DNA from: Acinetobacter phage Ab15
Length of the DNA: 64,000 nucleotides
Direction: 5' to 3' (one strand)
Sequence record: PP763259.1
The translations under genes and the position numbers were made by a program. This document shows positions 36,099 to 45,363 of the stretch, in pieces. Every line of letters starts with the position of its first letter. The stretch's first letter is position 1. The notes below the pieces were generated by a model. The model was not told the origin of the DNA and made no database searches. It saw nothing but the letters and a program-made list of their open reading frames with translations.

Positions 36099-36498
36099 GG
36101 AGGTGTACATGGCTTATGTACGAGCAAGCCACAAGGATGTGGTAGAGTTACTTACACAGGGAAACTATGAAGTAACCAAGGAAAATATTTATAAAGCATT
36201 ACATTTGGTTTTTGGTTTTGATAGAACTCGTAGGGGTGAGTTTGGAATTGAAGATTCTGAAACGGCTTTATCGGAGAGTGATATTGGCAAAAAGCGTTGG
36301 TTTAGTGTAGATGCATACCAACACAAAACCTTGGATGGTGAAGTTGTGGTTGGGTTAATGTATATTGGCTACGAACGTAAGGATGAGGATTGGATTCAAA
36401 ATGGACGACCTTCAGAGGAAGTTAAAATGGAAATTCGAAATGATCCATCTTACAATGCTTTAATTGCTGGTTTGAGTCGAAGACGACCTGTTAGTTAA
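36082..36498 (+). CDS. hypothetical protein
   Basis: 138 aa with RBS AAGGAGG. Confidence 0.45.
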   Translation: MEVFLKEVYMAYVRASHKDVVELLTQGNYEVTKENIYKALHLVFGFDRTRRGEFGIEDSETALSESDIGKKRWFSVDAYQHKTLDGEVVVGLMYIGYERKDEDWIQNGRPSEEVKMEIRNDPSYNALIAGLSRRRPVS

Positions 36499-36587
36499 CG
36501 ATTAAAATTTGAAGTGTTTCTTTATAGAGGCAAACCTAAAGGCTCACCTCTGGTGGGCTTTATTTGTATGTGCAGAAGGAGTTTTAA

Positions 36588-37367
36588 ATGGGAAAAAATA
36601 TTACCCGTAAAAGAGAGGATGGCCGTAACACCCGTAACCGTGACTACAGACAAGAAATTGGAGAAAGAGATTTATACATCAGTGAGAAGCACAAACAACA
36701 ACGTGAAGAGTATATTAAGCAAAACCCAATTGTTCCATTAAACCCTAAACAACGTAGATATATGGAACTCTTAGATGAGAAGAAGTGTATCATTGCTACA
36801 GGCTTTGCAGGTACATCTAAAACATATATCCCCACAGCTATCTTTGCAGATTTATACCGTACAGGAAAGCTTAAGAAAATTGTTTTAATTCGACCAGCCG
36901 TGTCTAATTCTAAGAGTTTAGGTTACTTTGCAGGGACTATCGAGCAAAAGAGTTCTGTTTGGTTGGCACCTGTTATTGATGTGCTATACAAACGTCTAGG
37001 TCGTCCAGCAGCCCTACAGGCTATCGCTAATGGTGACATTGAGTTTGTTCCTATGGAAACAGTTAAAGGTAGAAGCTTTGATGAAGACACAGCAGTTATT
37101 GTTACGGAAGCTGAAGATTGTACCAAAGAGGAAATCATGTCTCTACTAACCCGACAAAATGGTTGTAAGATGGTCATTGAAGGTGATGTTCGACAAAGTG
37201 CACTCCGAGAGGAAAGTGGTTTGAAGTTGGCTATTGATCTTTACTCTAAGCACAAATCCCTTCAGGAAACTATGGGGTTAATTAACTTTGATGATGTACA
37301 GGATATTGTTCGAAGCAAGGAATGCCGTGAGTGGATTAAAGTGTTTGTGAAAGAGAGGTTGATGTAA
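36588..37367 (+). CDS. phoH: PhoH-like ATPase
   Basis: GFAGTSKTYIPTA (Walker A) and LIRPAVSNSKSLGYFAGTIEQK (PhoH signature). Confidence 0.7.
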   Translation: MGKNITRKREDGRNTRNRDYRQEIGERDLYISEKHKQQREEYIKQNPIVPLNPKQRRYMELLDEKKCIIATGFAGTSKTYIPTAIFADLYRTGKLKKIVLIRPAVSNSKSLGYFAGTIEQKSSVWLAPVIDVLYKRLGRPAALQAIANGDIEFVPMETVKGRSFDEDTAVIVTEAEDCTKEEIMSLLTRQNGCKMVIEGDVRQSALREESGLKLAIDLYSKHKSLQETMGLINFDDVQDIVRSKECREWIKVFVKERLM

Positions 37368-37753
37368 TGTCTGAGGATGTACATACACGTTCTTATAGTG
37401 ATGCAGTAGAGCACATGCATAAGTGTGAGAATGCTCTACTGGAGGCCATTAACAATGTATTTGAAGAGTACTCCAAGATGAATTACTTCTTGGATTCCTA
37501 TTTGAATATGTCAGAGGCATTGAAACAAATTAAGAGTGATTTCAATGTCTTAATTGATAAGGTAAATAATTTTAACTTTTCTTTTGAAAAAGTGTTGACA
37601 AAGAATTTTTCTATTGGTAAAGTATGCTACATATTAAGGGCGAAAGCCAAAATAGATAAGACATCTGGTTTAACAAAGATTGACACTTTCAGTGTTTTTA
37701 AGATAAACTTGGATGGTTCTCAGTCGATAGTTTTAGCGGGAGATTGGTTATGA
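37367..37753 (+). CDS. hypothetical protein
   Basis: 128 aa, start overlaps the PhoH stop (ATGTAATG). Confidence 0.45.
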   Translation: MSEDVHTRSYSDAVEHMHKCENALLEAINNVFEEYSKMNYFLDSYLNMSEALKQIKSDFNVLIDKVNNFNFSFEKVLTKNFSIGKVCYILRAKAKIDKTSGLTKIDTFSVFKINLDGSQSIVLAGDWL

Positions 37754-37778
37754 AAAACTTTTAAATTTGGAGATTTAT

Positions 37779-38006
37779 GTGAACATTACGCAAGCACAAC
37801 TTGATCATTTAGGAACTTTGCATACATTAATGATTTCTTCTAAAGAATCTTATGATGAAGCAGTTAAGAAAATTGCTGAAGATAATGGTGTTGATGCATC
37901 AGTACTAAAATCCTTTGTAGGTAAGTATGAAGGTGATCGTGAAAAACTAAGCAAAGAGATTGATAAAAAACAACAGTTTATTGATCTTGCTGAAAAATTT
38001 AATTAG
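37779..38006 (+). CDS. small hypothetical protein
   Basis: A GTG at 37779 after TGGAG is preferred over the TTG at 37767. Confidence 0.35.
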   Translation: MNITQAQLDHLGTLHTLMISSKESYDEAVKKIAEDNGVDASVLKSFVGKYEGDREKLSKEIDKKQQFIDLAEKFN

Positions 38007-38015
38007 GAGAATTAA

Positions 38016-38442
38016 TTTGGAAAATGTAGAAGATATGTTAAAAGCCCTTAAAGAAATCGTTGAAACACGAGTTAAGATGGCTGAACTTGCTGAAATCATG
38101 GAGCGTAAAACACCTTTAGAAGTTGCTCGTGCTTGGTACAGTACTCAAAAAGGTAATTACATGATTACCAAACAGTCTTATGAAGACGATGAAGAAGTTG
38201 ATGAAGTTAAATTAAAACTCGTTGGTTTCGTTGAAGATGGTGACAATTACAAGTTTGAATTTGAAACAGTACTTGGTGATACAATTCAACTTGGCGGTAA
38301 TCTTCATAGTGACTACGTGCTTGTTGCAGAAGCGGTTGAAGTTTCAGCACTTGATCAAATGAATGCAATTATTGCCATTCTTGAACCTGACAATCAAGTT
38401 GTAGAAATTGAAAAATCCACAATTGGTCACTTGTTAAATTAA
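38016..38442 (+). CDS. acidic hypothetical protein
   Basis: The TTG at 38016 after AGGAG is preferred; the ORF-track start at 37960 would overlap the upstream gene by 47 nt. Confidence 0.4.
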
Positions 38443-38522
38443 TTTTTAGCATAAACATAAAATATTAATTAAGGTTGTGCACGAGGTGTGCACTTCCGAT
38501 AGAAATTTAGGAGAAAATATTT

Positions 38523-39095
38523 ATGACACGTTTAAATACTCAATATGTTGAAACTGAAAACACTGGTAAGTTAAAAGTTGGTGATGTTGTTGAAATCTTA
38601 AATACAGAAGAATTCCATGATGGTGCAAAAGTTGGTGATCGTGCTGTTGTTCTACAAATTCGAACTATGCCAATCATGGGATTACGATTCGCTGTATTAG
38701 GTTATGAAGTGGAAGGTTTTGACCACCTTGTATTCCGAAACATTGATTTTGAAGACTTTGAAGATGAAGTTAAATTCTTAGGTCGTCAAACAGATGCACA
38801 TGAATTCCAAACCAAATACCTTGAAAAGTTAGGTGCTACAAACATCCGTGTTCTTGATCTTGCAGGTTTTGCCGAAGATTATGTAGAGCAAAATGCTGTT
38901 TACCCTCTAGTTGGTGCTGCATTGAAACCTACAATCAAGTGGGTTGAAAGCGAAGATAAAGGTCTTGTTGATGCTGTAACTGGTTGGGAAGCTGATACTG
39001 ATGAAGATGGTGATGTTCTTGTGTTCCAACTTGAAGATGGTAACATCCAGTACACTCAGTTAGATGGAGGTGTTGAGTTAGCTTTAGCTAGTTAA
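38523..39095 (+). CDS. hypothetical protein with N-terminal KVGDVVEI / GAKVGDRAVV motifs (related to the small-paralog family)
   Basis: 190 aa. RBS AGGAG. A terminator follows. Confidence 0.5.
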   Translation: MTRLNTQYVETENTGKLKVGDVVEILNTEEFHDGAKVGDRAVVLQIRTMPIMGLRFAVLGYEVEGFDHLVFRNIDFEDFEDEVKFLGRQTDAHEFQTKYLEKLGATNIRVLDLAGFAEDYVEQNAVYPLVGAALKPTIKWVESEDKGLVDAVTGWEADTDEDGDVLVFQLEDGNIQYTQLDGGVELALAS

Positions 39096-39122
39096 TTCAA
39101 TTAAATAACTGATTAAAGAATG

Positions 39123-39145
39123 CCCCAACATTGTTTGGGGTTTTC
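39123..39145 (+). terminator. rho-independent terminator
   Basis: CCCCAA-CATTGT-TTGGGG followed by TTTTCTTG. Confidence 0.55.
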
Positions 39146-39173
39146 TTGTAGTTTAACTTGACAGGAGGTCATT

Positions 39174-39578
39174 ATGGAAGTACGTGTAAAAAGCTCTTTG
39201 GCGCCTAGCTTTGGTGTTAAAGATACCAGTGGGTCTGTGGGTTGTGAAGCTCCAGTAGCAATAGGCAATGGTTTAAGTGGGGGTACAATTAAATCTGATG
39301 GGGGTTCCTCAACATATTACGACATTGCATTGCCTGATGGATTACTCGATGAGCTAATTCGAAGAAAGCAAGATGAAGGACAATCTTATATTAAAACTGA
39401 AGAGATCATCGAACTAGGTCTTGGAAATGATTTTGATGCTGGAAATATCTTCAAGTGTTTAATTCGAATGCAATCCTTAAAGAATGGTAAAGGTAAGGCT
39501 GGAAATGACTTAGAGTATGATGCTAACAAAGTTGTTTATTCTGCCAAAAAAATAGCAAAACGCTATTCTAAAAAATGA
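39174..39578 (+). CDS. hypothetical protein
   Basis: 134 aa with RBS GGAGG. Confidence 0.45.
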   Translation: MEVRVKSSLAPSFGVKDTSGSVGCEAPVAIGNGLSGGTIKSDGGSSTYYDIALPDGLLDELIRRKQDEGQSYIKTEEIIELGLGNDFDAGNIFKCLIRMQSLKNGKGKAGNDLEYDANKVVYSAKKIAKRYSKK

Positions 39579-39928
39579 TTTCACATGTTATTATCTCTCA
39601 AAAGATAACCTTTGAGAGATTTTTTATGACTATGCGAAAAGAAGATGGTGGGATTGACTACCTACTTGCCTCTTTGTTTTTATTATTGGGGTTTGTTTTA
39701 GGTGCTCTATTTCTTGCCTACCAAAACACTCAGTTTATGAAGAATGAGATGTATACAGATTGTGCTAAGGTAGGATTTTATGAGATCTATCCAGATAAGG
39801 GTAAAGGTGTATACTGTACCATAGCAAAGTACGAGAAAGAGCACACTGAATACACTACTTACAAGGTTTTTAAAGATGATGGTGAGTTGTTTGCTACCCT
39901 TCGTGAAGATTTAGGAGAGAAGAAATGA
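39575..39928 (+). CDS. small membrane protein (one TM)
   Basis: Contains the hydrophobic stretch LLASLFLLLGFVLGALFLAY. Confidence 0.4.
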   Translation: MISHVIISQKITFERFFMTMRKEDGGIDYLLASLFLLLGFVLGALFLAYQNTQFMKNEMYTDCAKVGFYEIYPDKGKGVYCTIAKYEKEHTEYTTYKVFKDDGELFATLREDLGEKK

Positions 39929-40407
39929 AAGTTTATCACAGCAGTAAAGATCACACTTGGGAAACACCTCAAGAATTATTTGACAAGTTGAATAATGTGT
40001 TTAACTTTAAAACGGATGTGTGTGCATTACCTGAAACAGCTAAGTGTAATGAATACTTCACACCCGAAGTGGATGGGTTAAAACAAGATTGGGTTGATGT
40101 TTGCTGGTGTAATCCTCCTTATGGTAGGATGCAAAAAGACTGGATTAAAAAGGCTCGTGATGAAGCCTTGAAAAACGATGCAACCGTTGTGATGTTGATT
40201 CCAGCTAAACCAGATACAAAGATTTGGCACGATGTAATCTTTAAGGATTATTCAGCAGTTTGTTTTATTAAGGGAAGATTGCGTTTTGGTAGTGCTAAAG
40301 AAAATGCACCTTTTCCATCTGCTATTGTTGTTTTTGGAAATGTTACTAGCAAGCAAATAGAAACATTAAGCAGTTTTGGTTACACAATAATTAAGGAGAA
40401 ACATTAA
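39925..40407 (+). CDS. DNA N6-adenine methyltransferase (phage Dam family)
   Basis: WETPQELFDKL, CNPPYGR (motif IV) and FIKGRLRFG are typical of the small phage Dam family. Confidence 0.7.
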   Translation: MKVYHSSKDHTWETPQELFDKLNNVFNFKTDVCALPETAKCNEYFTPEVDGLKQDWVDVCWCNPPYGRMQKDWIKKARDEALKNDATVVMLIPAKPDTKIWHDVIFKDYSAVCFIKGRLRFGSAKENAPFPSAIVVFGNVTSKQIETLSSFGYTIIKEKH

Positions 40408-40922
40408 TGCACATTCAGAAAGGTAAACTTCGCTTTAATAAGCGAGAGTTGTGGAACTTAGATAAACACCTTGCTAAAGTTATTGTTCAGGGGTTACAAC
40501 AGTTCAAGAGTGTCCACAAGAACACCATCCCACCACACTTAGTCACTGAGGATATTAACCCTGAAACTGGTAGAGAGGTTTATTGGGATTATTCGAGTGA
40601 GTATTGTGATGAACAATGGCAAGAGTTATTAGATAAGATGATCTTTGCGTTTACAGAGCATCCCACATACTTTGATATTGAACCTTATGATTTCCACTAT
40701 GATGATTTAACACACCCTGAAAAGTTTCCTGAGCAAGTGTGGGAAGAGCATCCTGTTTATGGTAAGATAACAGAGTGGAGACAGGTGCTAAAAGAAGGTG
40801 TTACACAAGAAGATGTAGATGCTTGGTGGGAACGTAGTCGAGCTTACGATGCTGAGATTAAACGCAAAGTGGATGAAGGGCGAGAGTTATTCATTAAACA
40901 TTTTGATAGCTTGTGGGACTGA
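40407..40922 (+). CDS. hypothetical protein
   Basis: 171 aa, start overlaps the upstream stop. Confidence 0.45.
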   Translation: MHIQKGKLRFNKRELWNLDKHLAKVIVQGLQQFKSVHKNTIPPHLVTEDINPETGREVYWDYSSEYCDEQWQELLDKMIFAFTEHPTYFDIEPYDFHYDDLTHPEKFPEQVWEEHPVYGKITEWRQVLKEGVTQEDVDAWWERSRAYDAEIKRKVDEGRELFIKHFDSLWD

Positions 40923-40952
40923 GATATACAACACTATTGAGGAGGGTCAAGA

Positions 40953-41156
40953 ATGAATTTTGGTTGGTATGAAATTATGGATCGTATTTCTGTTATTCAG
41001 AATGCGTTAGAAGATAATGTAAGAAATCATCAAGAAGTTGATGAAAAGTTACAAGAGTTAGTTGATTCTGCACAAGAGATGTTATGTAAAGCATATCAAC
41101 ATGCTGCGAGTCAATGGGATGAGAGTTGTAGAGATTTTGAGGATGGGTGTAAATGA
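40953..41156 (+). CDS. small hypothetical protein
   Basis: 67 aa with RBS GGAGGG. Confidence 0.35.
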   Translation: MNFGWYEIMDRISVIQNALEDNVRNHQEVDEKLQELVDSAQEMLCKAYQHAASQWDESCRDFEDGCK

Positions 41157-41458
41157 GTAAGAAAATTCCATGTGAAGAAATTCAGAGGTTAAAACGAGCT
41201 AACTTTTGGTTGTGTAGAGATAGAGTTAAAGTTAAGAATCTTATGAGAGAGAAACTTGCTCGTGTTGTTGAGTTAAACAAGTCAATGCAACAGATGGCTT
41301 ATAGTTCTCTTAAAGAATGTACAAAACAAAGAAACAAACTTATTGATGAACACTCTTTGCTGATTGATTTGTATGTGAGGATTAACCAAGATATTTATGA
41401 CAATGGTGTTAAGATTATGAAGCTCAGAAATGGTCTAAACAAGGACGTGTCTAAATAA
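41153..41458 (+). CDS. small hypothetical protein
   Basis: 101 aa, overlaps the upstream stop. Confidence 0.4.
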   Translation: MSKKIPCEEIQRLKRANFWLCRDRVKVKNLMREKLARVVELNKSMQQMAYSSLKECTKQRNKLIDEHSLLIDLYVRINQDIYDNGVKIMKLRNGLNKDVSK

Positions 41459-41520
41459 CTCTTGATTGTATTCACACTTTGGTTAGCACTCTGTTTAAAT
41501 TTTTATCTGGAGAAATGTAT

Positions 41521-41808
41521 ATGAGTAGTCATTGGTACGAGGCGGTTATTAATGAATTTGGCACAGCAGAGAACTTTATTGAGGAGGTTTGTAAGAAACA
41601 AGGTGTTGCAGATGAAGATATTAATCATCAAGTTAGTCAGCGACAACCTAAAAACACTTGTTTAACTGTGGATGAGCTTATTGCTAAACTTGAGGAAATT
41701 AGAGAAAAACAGGGTGGTGGTGCTTTAGTTTGCTTTCAGGATTCTAGTGGATATGACGCGGATTGTGTTGGTGTAACTGTTGATAACGATACTGTCGTAA
41801 TTTTTTAA
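41521..41808 (+). CDS. small hypothetical protein
   Basis: An ATG at 41521 after GGAG is preferred over the ORF-track start at 41479. Confidence 0.4.
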   Translation: MSSHWYEAVINEFGTAENFIEEVCKKQGVADEDINHQVSQRQPKNTCLTVDELIAKLEEIREKQGGGALVCFQDSSGYDADCVGVTVDNDTVVIF

Positions 41809-41846
41809 CTTTTAAATAGGAGAAATAAATGAGTAAGGGGATTTAA

Positions 41847-42521
41847 ATGTTTAGAGTTGCGTTAATAGGAAGTCGTGAGCTTGAGAAAAACCCTAAGTAT
41901 CATGATCAAATAAAATTCTGTTGGAATGTGTGTTTGGCTTGTGCTCAACAAGGATATACATTCACATCAGGTCTGTGTGAGTTGGGTATGGATGGTATTG
42001 CACAGAAAGCTTATAGTAAAGCAATGGAAAATGGATGGGTGACTGAAAAGAACTTCGAAGTTTATGTTGCTACACAGAAAAACATTGATCGAAGTTGTTT
42101 ACCTAATAAACATTTAGCTGTTGTAAGAAATCCAGACTTAATTAAAAAGTCTGAGGAGATTGCTAAATCTGTTATGGGTGAATCGCATTGGTCTAGATGT
42201 AATGAATGGGCTAGAGGGATGCATAGTCGTAATTGTCATCAGATTCTTGGTTATGATTTAGAAAGTCCAGTTGATTGTGTTATCTGTTGGACACCAGAAG
42301 GTAAGATACAAGGTGGTACTGCTACAGCAATTAAACTTGCAATGAAATATAACATCCCTGTATTTAATCTTGGTATTTCTGACAAAGAAAAGGTAGTTCA
42401 GGACATTATTGAATTTTTGAAAGGAAAAGGTGTTTATGAATTTAAGGAGAGAAAATGTGTCTCCATCAATCTCAAAAACTTGTTGACAAACCTTCCGAAT
42501 ACCCCTAAGATTCAACCATAA
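41847..42521 (+). CDS. DprA/Smf-like (SLOG superfamily) Rossmann-fold protein
   Basis: VALIGSREL and GLCELGMDGIAQKA resemble the DprA motifs aIVGSR and GLArGIDaaAH. Confidence 0.4.
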   Translation: MFRVALIGSRELEKNPKYHDQIKFCWNVCLACAQQGYTFTSGLCELGMDGIAQKAYSKAMENGWVTEKNFEVYVATQKNIDRSCLPNKHLAVVRNPDLIKKSEEIAKSVMGESHWSRCNEWARGMHSRNCHQILGYDLESPVDCVICWTPEGKIQGGTATAIKLAMKYNIPVFNLGISDKEKVVQDIIEFLKGKGVYEFKERKCVSINLKNLLTNLPNTPKIQP

Positions 42522-42546
42522 GATAAACACTTAGTTTGGAGTTAAA

Positions 42547-43374
42547 ATGTTAAAAAAGATTGCTTTAGTTGGTATCATGGTTGCTTCTGCAATTTCATTC
42601 ACAGGTTGTACACGAGTTACTGATGCAGAAGTTGGTGTAAAGACTAGTTTCACTGGTAAAATTTCTGATACACCACAATATCAAGGGTTGTACTTCCCTT
42701 GGGTATATAGCTTAGATAAATTCTCTACACGTAACCTGATTATTGATGTTTCTGGTCAGCCTATTGTTGAGAATGTGCAGATGGATGGTATGACAATTCG
42801 GGTAAACTACTCAATCAAACCTGAACTTGCACCTGAAATGTGGAAAACACAGAAGGCACAACATATGGTTCGTGGAGGTGGTGAAGGAGATGAAAAACGT
42901 GAGATATTCCTCATGGGTTTATATGTTGAGACAATCTCTCGTAATGTCATGATGGATGTGGTTAAGAACTACAAAGCCTTAGAGGTAAACTCTAAGCGTA
43001 CAGAGATTGAGCCAATCTTAAAATCTCAGATTGTGAAGACAATCAATGCCAACGGTCGTGGTAAGTATGTAAATATTAATGAGGTGGTTATTATTAATTC
43101 ACAACCACCGAAATCTGTAATGGATTCCGCTAAGCGTTACTTGACATCACTAAACGACTTACGCACAAAGCAGAATGAAGTAGAGATTGCTAAGCAAGAA
43201 TCTGAGCGATTAAAAGCTTTGGCTTCGCAAGCCAATGAAACCACTCTAGACTACATGCGAGCACAAGCCCAATTGAATAACTCAGAGGCAATGATGGAAA
43301 TGGCTCGTAATAAGAGTGCCAATAAGTTGATCATTGCACCAATGAATATTACTTCATTAGGTAAGTTGGACTAA
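42547..43374 (+). CDS. SPFH (band 7 / stomatin-prohibitin-like) lipoprotein
   Basis: Signal peptide with lipobox (MLKKIALVGIMVASAISFTGC). SPFH-like core EVGVKTSFTGKI...YFPWVYSLDKFSTRNLIIDV and a C-terminal coiled coil. Confidence 0.5.
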   Translation: MLKKIALVGIMVASAISFTGCTRVTDAEVGVKTSFTGKISDTPQYQGLYFPWVYSLDKFSTRNLIIDVSGQPIVENVQMDGMTIRVNYSIKPELAPEMWKTQKAQHMVRGGGEGDEKREIFLMGLYVETISRNVMMDVVKNYKALEVNSKRTEIEPILKSQIVKTINANGRGKYVNINEVVIINSQPPKSVMDSAKRYLTSLNDLRTKQNEVEIAKQESERLKALASQANETTLDYMRAQAQLNNSEAMMEMARNKSANKLIIAPMNITSLGKLD

Positions 43375-43420
43375 TTGATTTGGGGAGGGAGACTTCCCCT
43401 TGTTTATTTTGGAGGCTGGC

Positions 43421-43891
43421 ATGTCGTGGTTTAAGCGATTGTTTGGCACAAAGATTGTACAACAACATAACATTGTTTCTGGTGGATCAGTAGTTGCTGG
43501 AGACTATGTTGGGAGAAATAATAAAGGGGGTGGTTCGATGGGTTTTAGTGTAAGTATGTCTGGTGGTTCTGTTAATGTAAATGGCAAAACATACACAGGA
43601 AAGAATATCCAAATCAACGGTGATCAAGTTATCATTGATGGAGTTGTGCAAGAAGGTGCACCTTTGGTTGGTCCTATTAATGTCACTGTCAATGGTGATG
43701 TGGAATCACTTCGAACTGTTTCTGGTGACATTACTGTAAATGGTTCTACAGGTTCAATTCAAAGTACATCAGGAGATGTTCAAGTAGGTGGTGATGTGTC
43801 TGGAAATGTGCAAACAGTCTCTGGTGATGTATCGTGCAAGAAAATTGAAGGGGATGCACGTACAGTATCTGGCGATATAAAAACCCGTTAA
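43421..43891 (+). CDS. beta-helix repeat protein (bactofilin-like)
   Basis: An ATG at 43421 after GGAGG. Repeats of VSGD(I/V)xVxG are typical of bactofilin/DUF583-type beta-helix. Confidence 0.4.
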   Translation: MSWFKRLFGTKIVQQHNIVSGGSVVAGDYVGRNNKGGGSMGFSVSMSGGSVNVNGKTYTGKNIQINGDQVIIDGVVQEGAPLVGPINVTVNGDVESLRTVSGDITVNGSTGSIQSTSGDVQVGGDVSGNVQTVSGDVSCKKIEGDARTVSGDIKTR

Positions 43892-43902
43892 GGAGTTATT
43901 AA

Positions 43903-44070
43903 GTGAATGCATTTATCTTGTGGTTTATGGTATTTATGCTTTACCTTTTGGTATGGCGTGTGGTAAAATTGTATAAAGAAGATAAGGTTGGGGAGTTCTT
44001 TACAATGATGTGCATTGTAATGCTGCCAATACTAACAACTGTTATCTCTAAAGCTGTATTAAGTAGTTAA
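43903..44070 (+). CDS. small membrane peptide (55 aa)
   Basis: GTG start 7 nt after TAAGGAG. Two hydrophobic segments. It is too short for the ORF track. Confidence 0.25.
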   Translation: MNAFILWFMVFMLYLLVWRVVKLYKEDKVGEFFTMMCIVMLPILTTVISKAVLSS

Positions 44071-44084
44071 TTAGGAGAAAATAT

Positions 44085-44432
44085 ATGTCAAAAAATTCAC
44101 ATGTGAATACATTGGAAGTTGTAAATGGTGGTAATCCTGTCGTTAGTATTCAAGATTTGAACACTGCACGTAAAAACAAGTTGTTCCATGATGGTTTACA
44201 ACGTGTATATGAAAAGATGTACCGTAGTGGTTTTATGAAAGATACCACACCAAAACAACAAAAGATGATTGAGGAAGAACCAATCATGATGTTATCTCGT
44301 GAGCTATATCCATCACGACAAGCGTACCGACATGCATTACGTAGTTGGGCTAAGCAGAAAGAGCGCTTTGCTAAAGCTGACTCTCGTGGATTGCTTCCAG
44401 AGCACTTAAAGGTTCACTTAACTGGACTTTAA
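44085..44432 (+). CDS. hypothetical protein
   Basis: 115 aa with RBS AGGAG. A terminator hairpin follows. Confidence 0.45.
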   Translation: MSKNSHVNTLEVVNGGNPVVSIQDLNTARKNKLFHDGLQRVYEKMYRSGFMKDTTPKQQKMIEEEPIMMLSRELYPSRQAYRHALRSWAKQKERFAKADSRGLLPEHLKVHLTGL

Positions 44433-44442
44433 GACTTACCTT

Positions 44443-44470
44443 AAAGGACCATATATGGTCCTTTTTGATT
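44443..44470 (+). terminator. rho-independent terminator
   Basis: Perfect palindrome AAAGGACCATATATGGTCCTTT followed by TTGATTT. Confidence 0.55.
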
Positions 44471-44484
44471 TAAAGGTGATAGAA

Positions 44485-45084
44485 ATGAAAAAACGAGTTT
44501 ATGGTGTAGGAATCAATGATTCTACTTTGCAAGTATGTCAGAGTAAAAAGAAACTTCCAGAATATAGGTTGTGGTGTAAGATGCTGGAGAGATGTTACAG
44601 TGATTTTTATCACAAAGAGCATCCAACCTACAAGGGATGTGAAGTGGAACCCTTTCTCCTATCCTTCACAAACTTCTATAATTTCGTAAGAAGTTTAAAG
44701 GGTTTTGGTGAGGTTGATGAGAAAGGTAGACCCTTCCAGATGGATAAGGATATTTTAGTTAAAAGGAATAAAACTTATGGGGTTGACACTATTTGTTTTG
44801 TACCACAAGAGATAAATCTATTTCTTGTCAATGCTAAACTGCTTAGAGGTGAACTCCCAGTTGGTGTTGATTATTGTGAAGGGAATGGTAAATATCGTTC
44901 TAGGTTGAGGGTGTTTAATAAGAAAAAGCATCTAGGGTATTTTTCTTCTGTTGAAGAAGCGTTTGCTGCATATAAAGTTGCAAAAGAGCGACACGCTAAA
45001 GTTTTAGCTTTAAAATGGAAAGACAAAATAGACCCTAGAGTATATAACGCACTTATGAAATACGAGGTGAGTATAGATGACTAA
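44485..45084 (+). CDS. AP2-domain protein, homing-endonuclease-like
   Basis: GKYRSRLRVFNKKKHLGYFSSVEEAFAAYKVA matches the AP2 DNA-binding domain found in phage homing endonucleases. The ATG at 44485 is preferred; the ORF-track start at 44455 lies inside the terminator hairpin. Confidence 0.5.
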   Translation: MKKRVYGVGINDSTLQVCQSKKKLPEYRLWCKMLERCYSDFYHKEHPTYKGCEVEPFLLSFTNFYNFVRSLKGFGEVDEKGRPFQMDKDILVKRNKTYGVDTICFVPQEINLFLVNAKLLRGELPVGVDYCEGNGKYRSRLRVFNKKKHLGYFSSVEEAFAAYKVAKERHAKVLALKWKDKIDPRVYNALMKYEVSIDD

Positions 45085-45277
45085 ATACAAAGTTGGTGAT
45101 AAAATAAAGGTGGTAGCTACCAAGTTACAACAACGAGATATAGGAATTACATCAGTAAATTTGAAAGGTGAGATTGGGGTTGTGAAATCAATCTGTAGTG
45201 ATGGGGTTACTGCAAATTTTAAGAAAGGTGGCGACTGGTCCTTACGCTTTAGTGATATCCAAAAAGTGGTTGAGTAA
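45077..45277 (+). CDS. small protein, VGD-family paralog (family A)
   Basis: MTKYKVGDKIKVV... shares its N-terminal motif with the 49.9-57.6 kb array. Confidence 0.4.
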   Translation: MTKYKVGDKIKVVATKLQQRDIGITSVNLKGEIGVVKSICSDGVTANFKKGGDWSLRFSDIQKVVE

Positions 45278-45300
45278 TTGTTGTGCAAGTGTAAATTAAT

Positions 45301-45329
45301 TTGACAATAATAACTTTTGATGATATACA
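45301..45329 (+). promoter_or_regulatory. sigma70-like promoter, weak -10
   Basis: TTGACA at 45301-45306, a 17-nt spacer, and TATACA. Confidence 0.3.
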
Positions 45330-45363
45330 TAAAGAACTATTAAACTTTTAAGAGGAATATTTT

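Noticed and set aside
36514-36741. 75-aa ORF overlapping the PhoH start
   Set aside because: It is in a different frame from the well-supported PhoH gene and has no RBS. It is probably spurious.
44455-44484. ORF-track start of the AP2-domain gene
   Set aside because: It lies inside the perfect palindrome or terminator hairpin AAAGGACCATATATGGTCCTTT. The ATG at 44485, after AAAGGTGATAGAA, is preferred.
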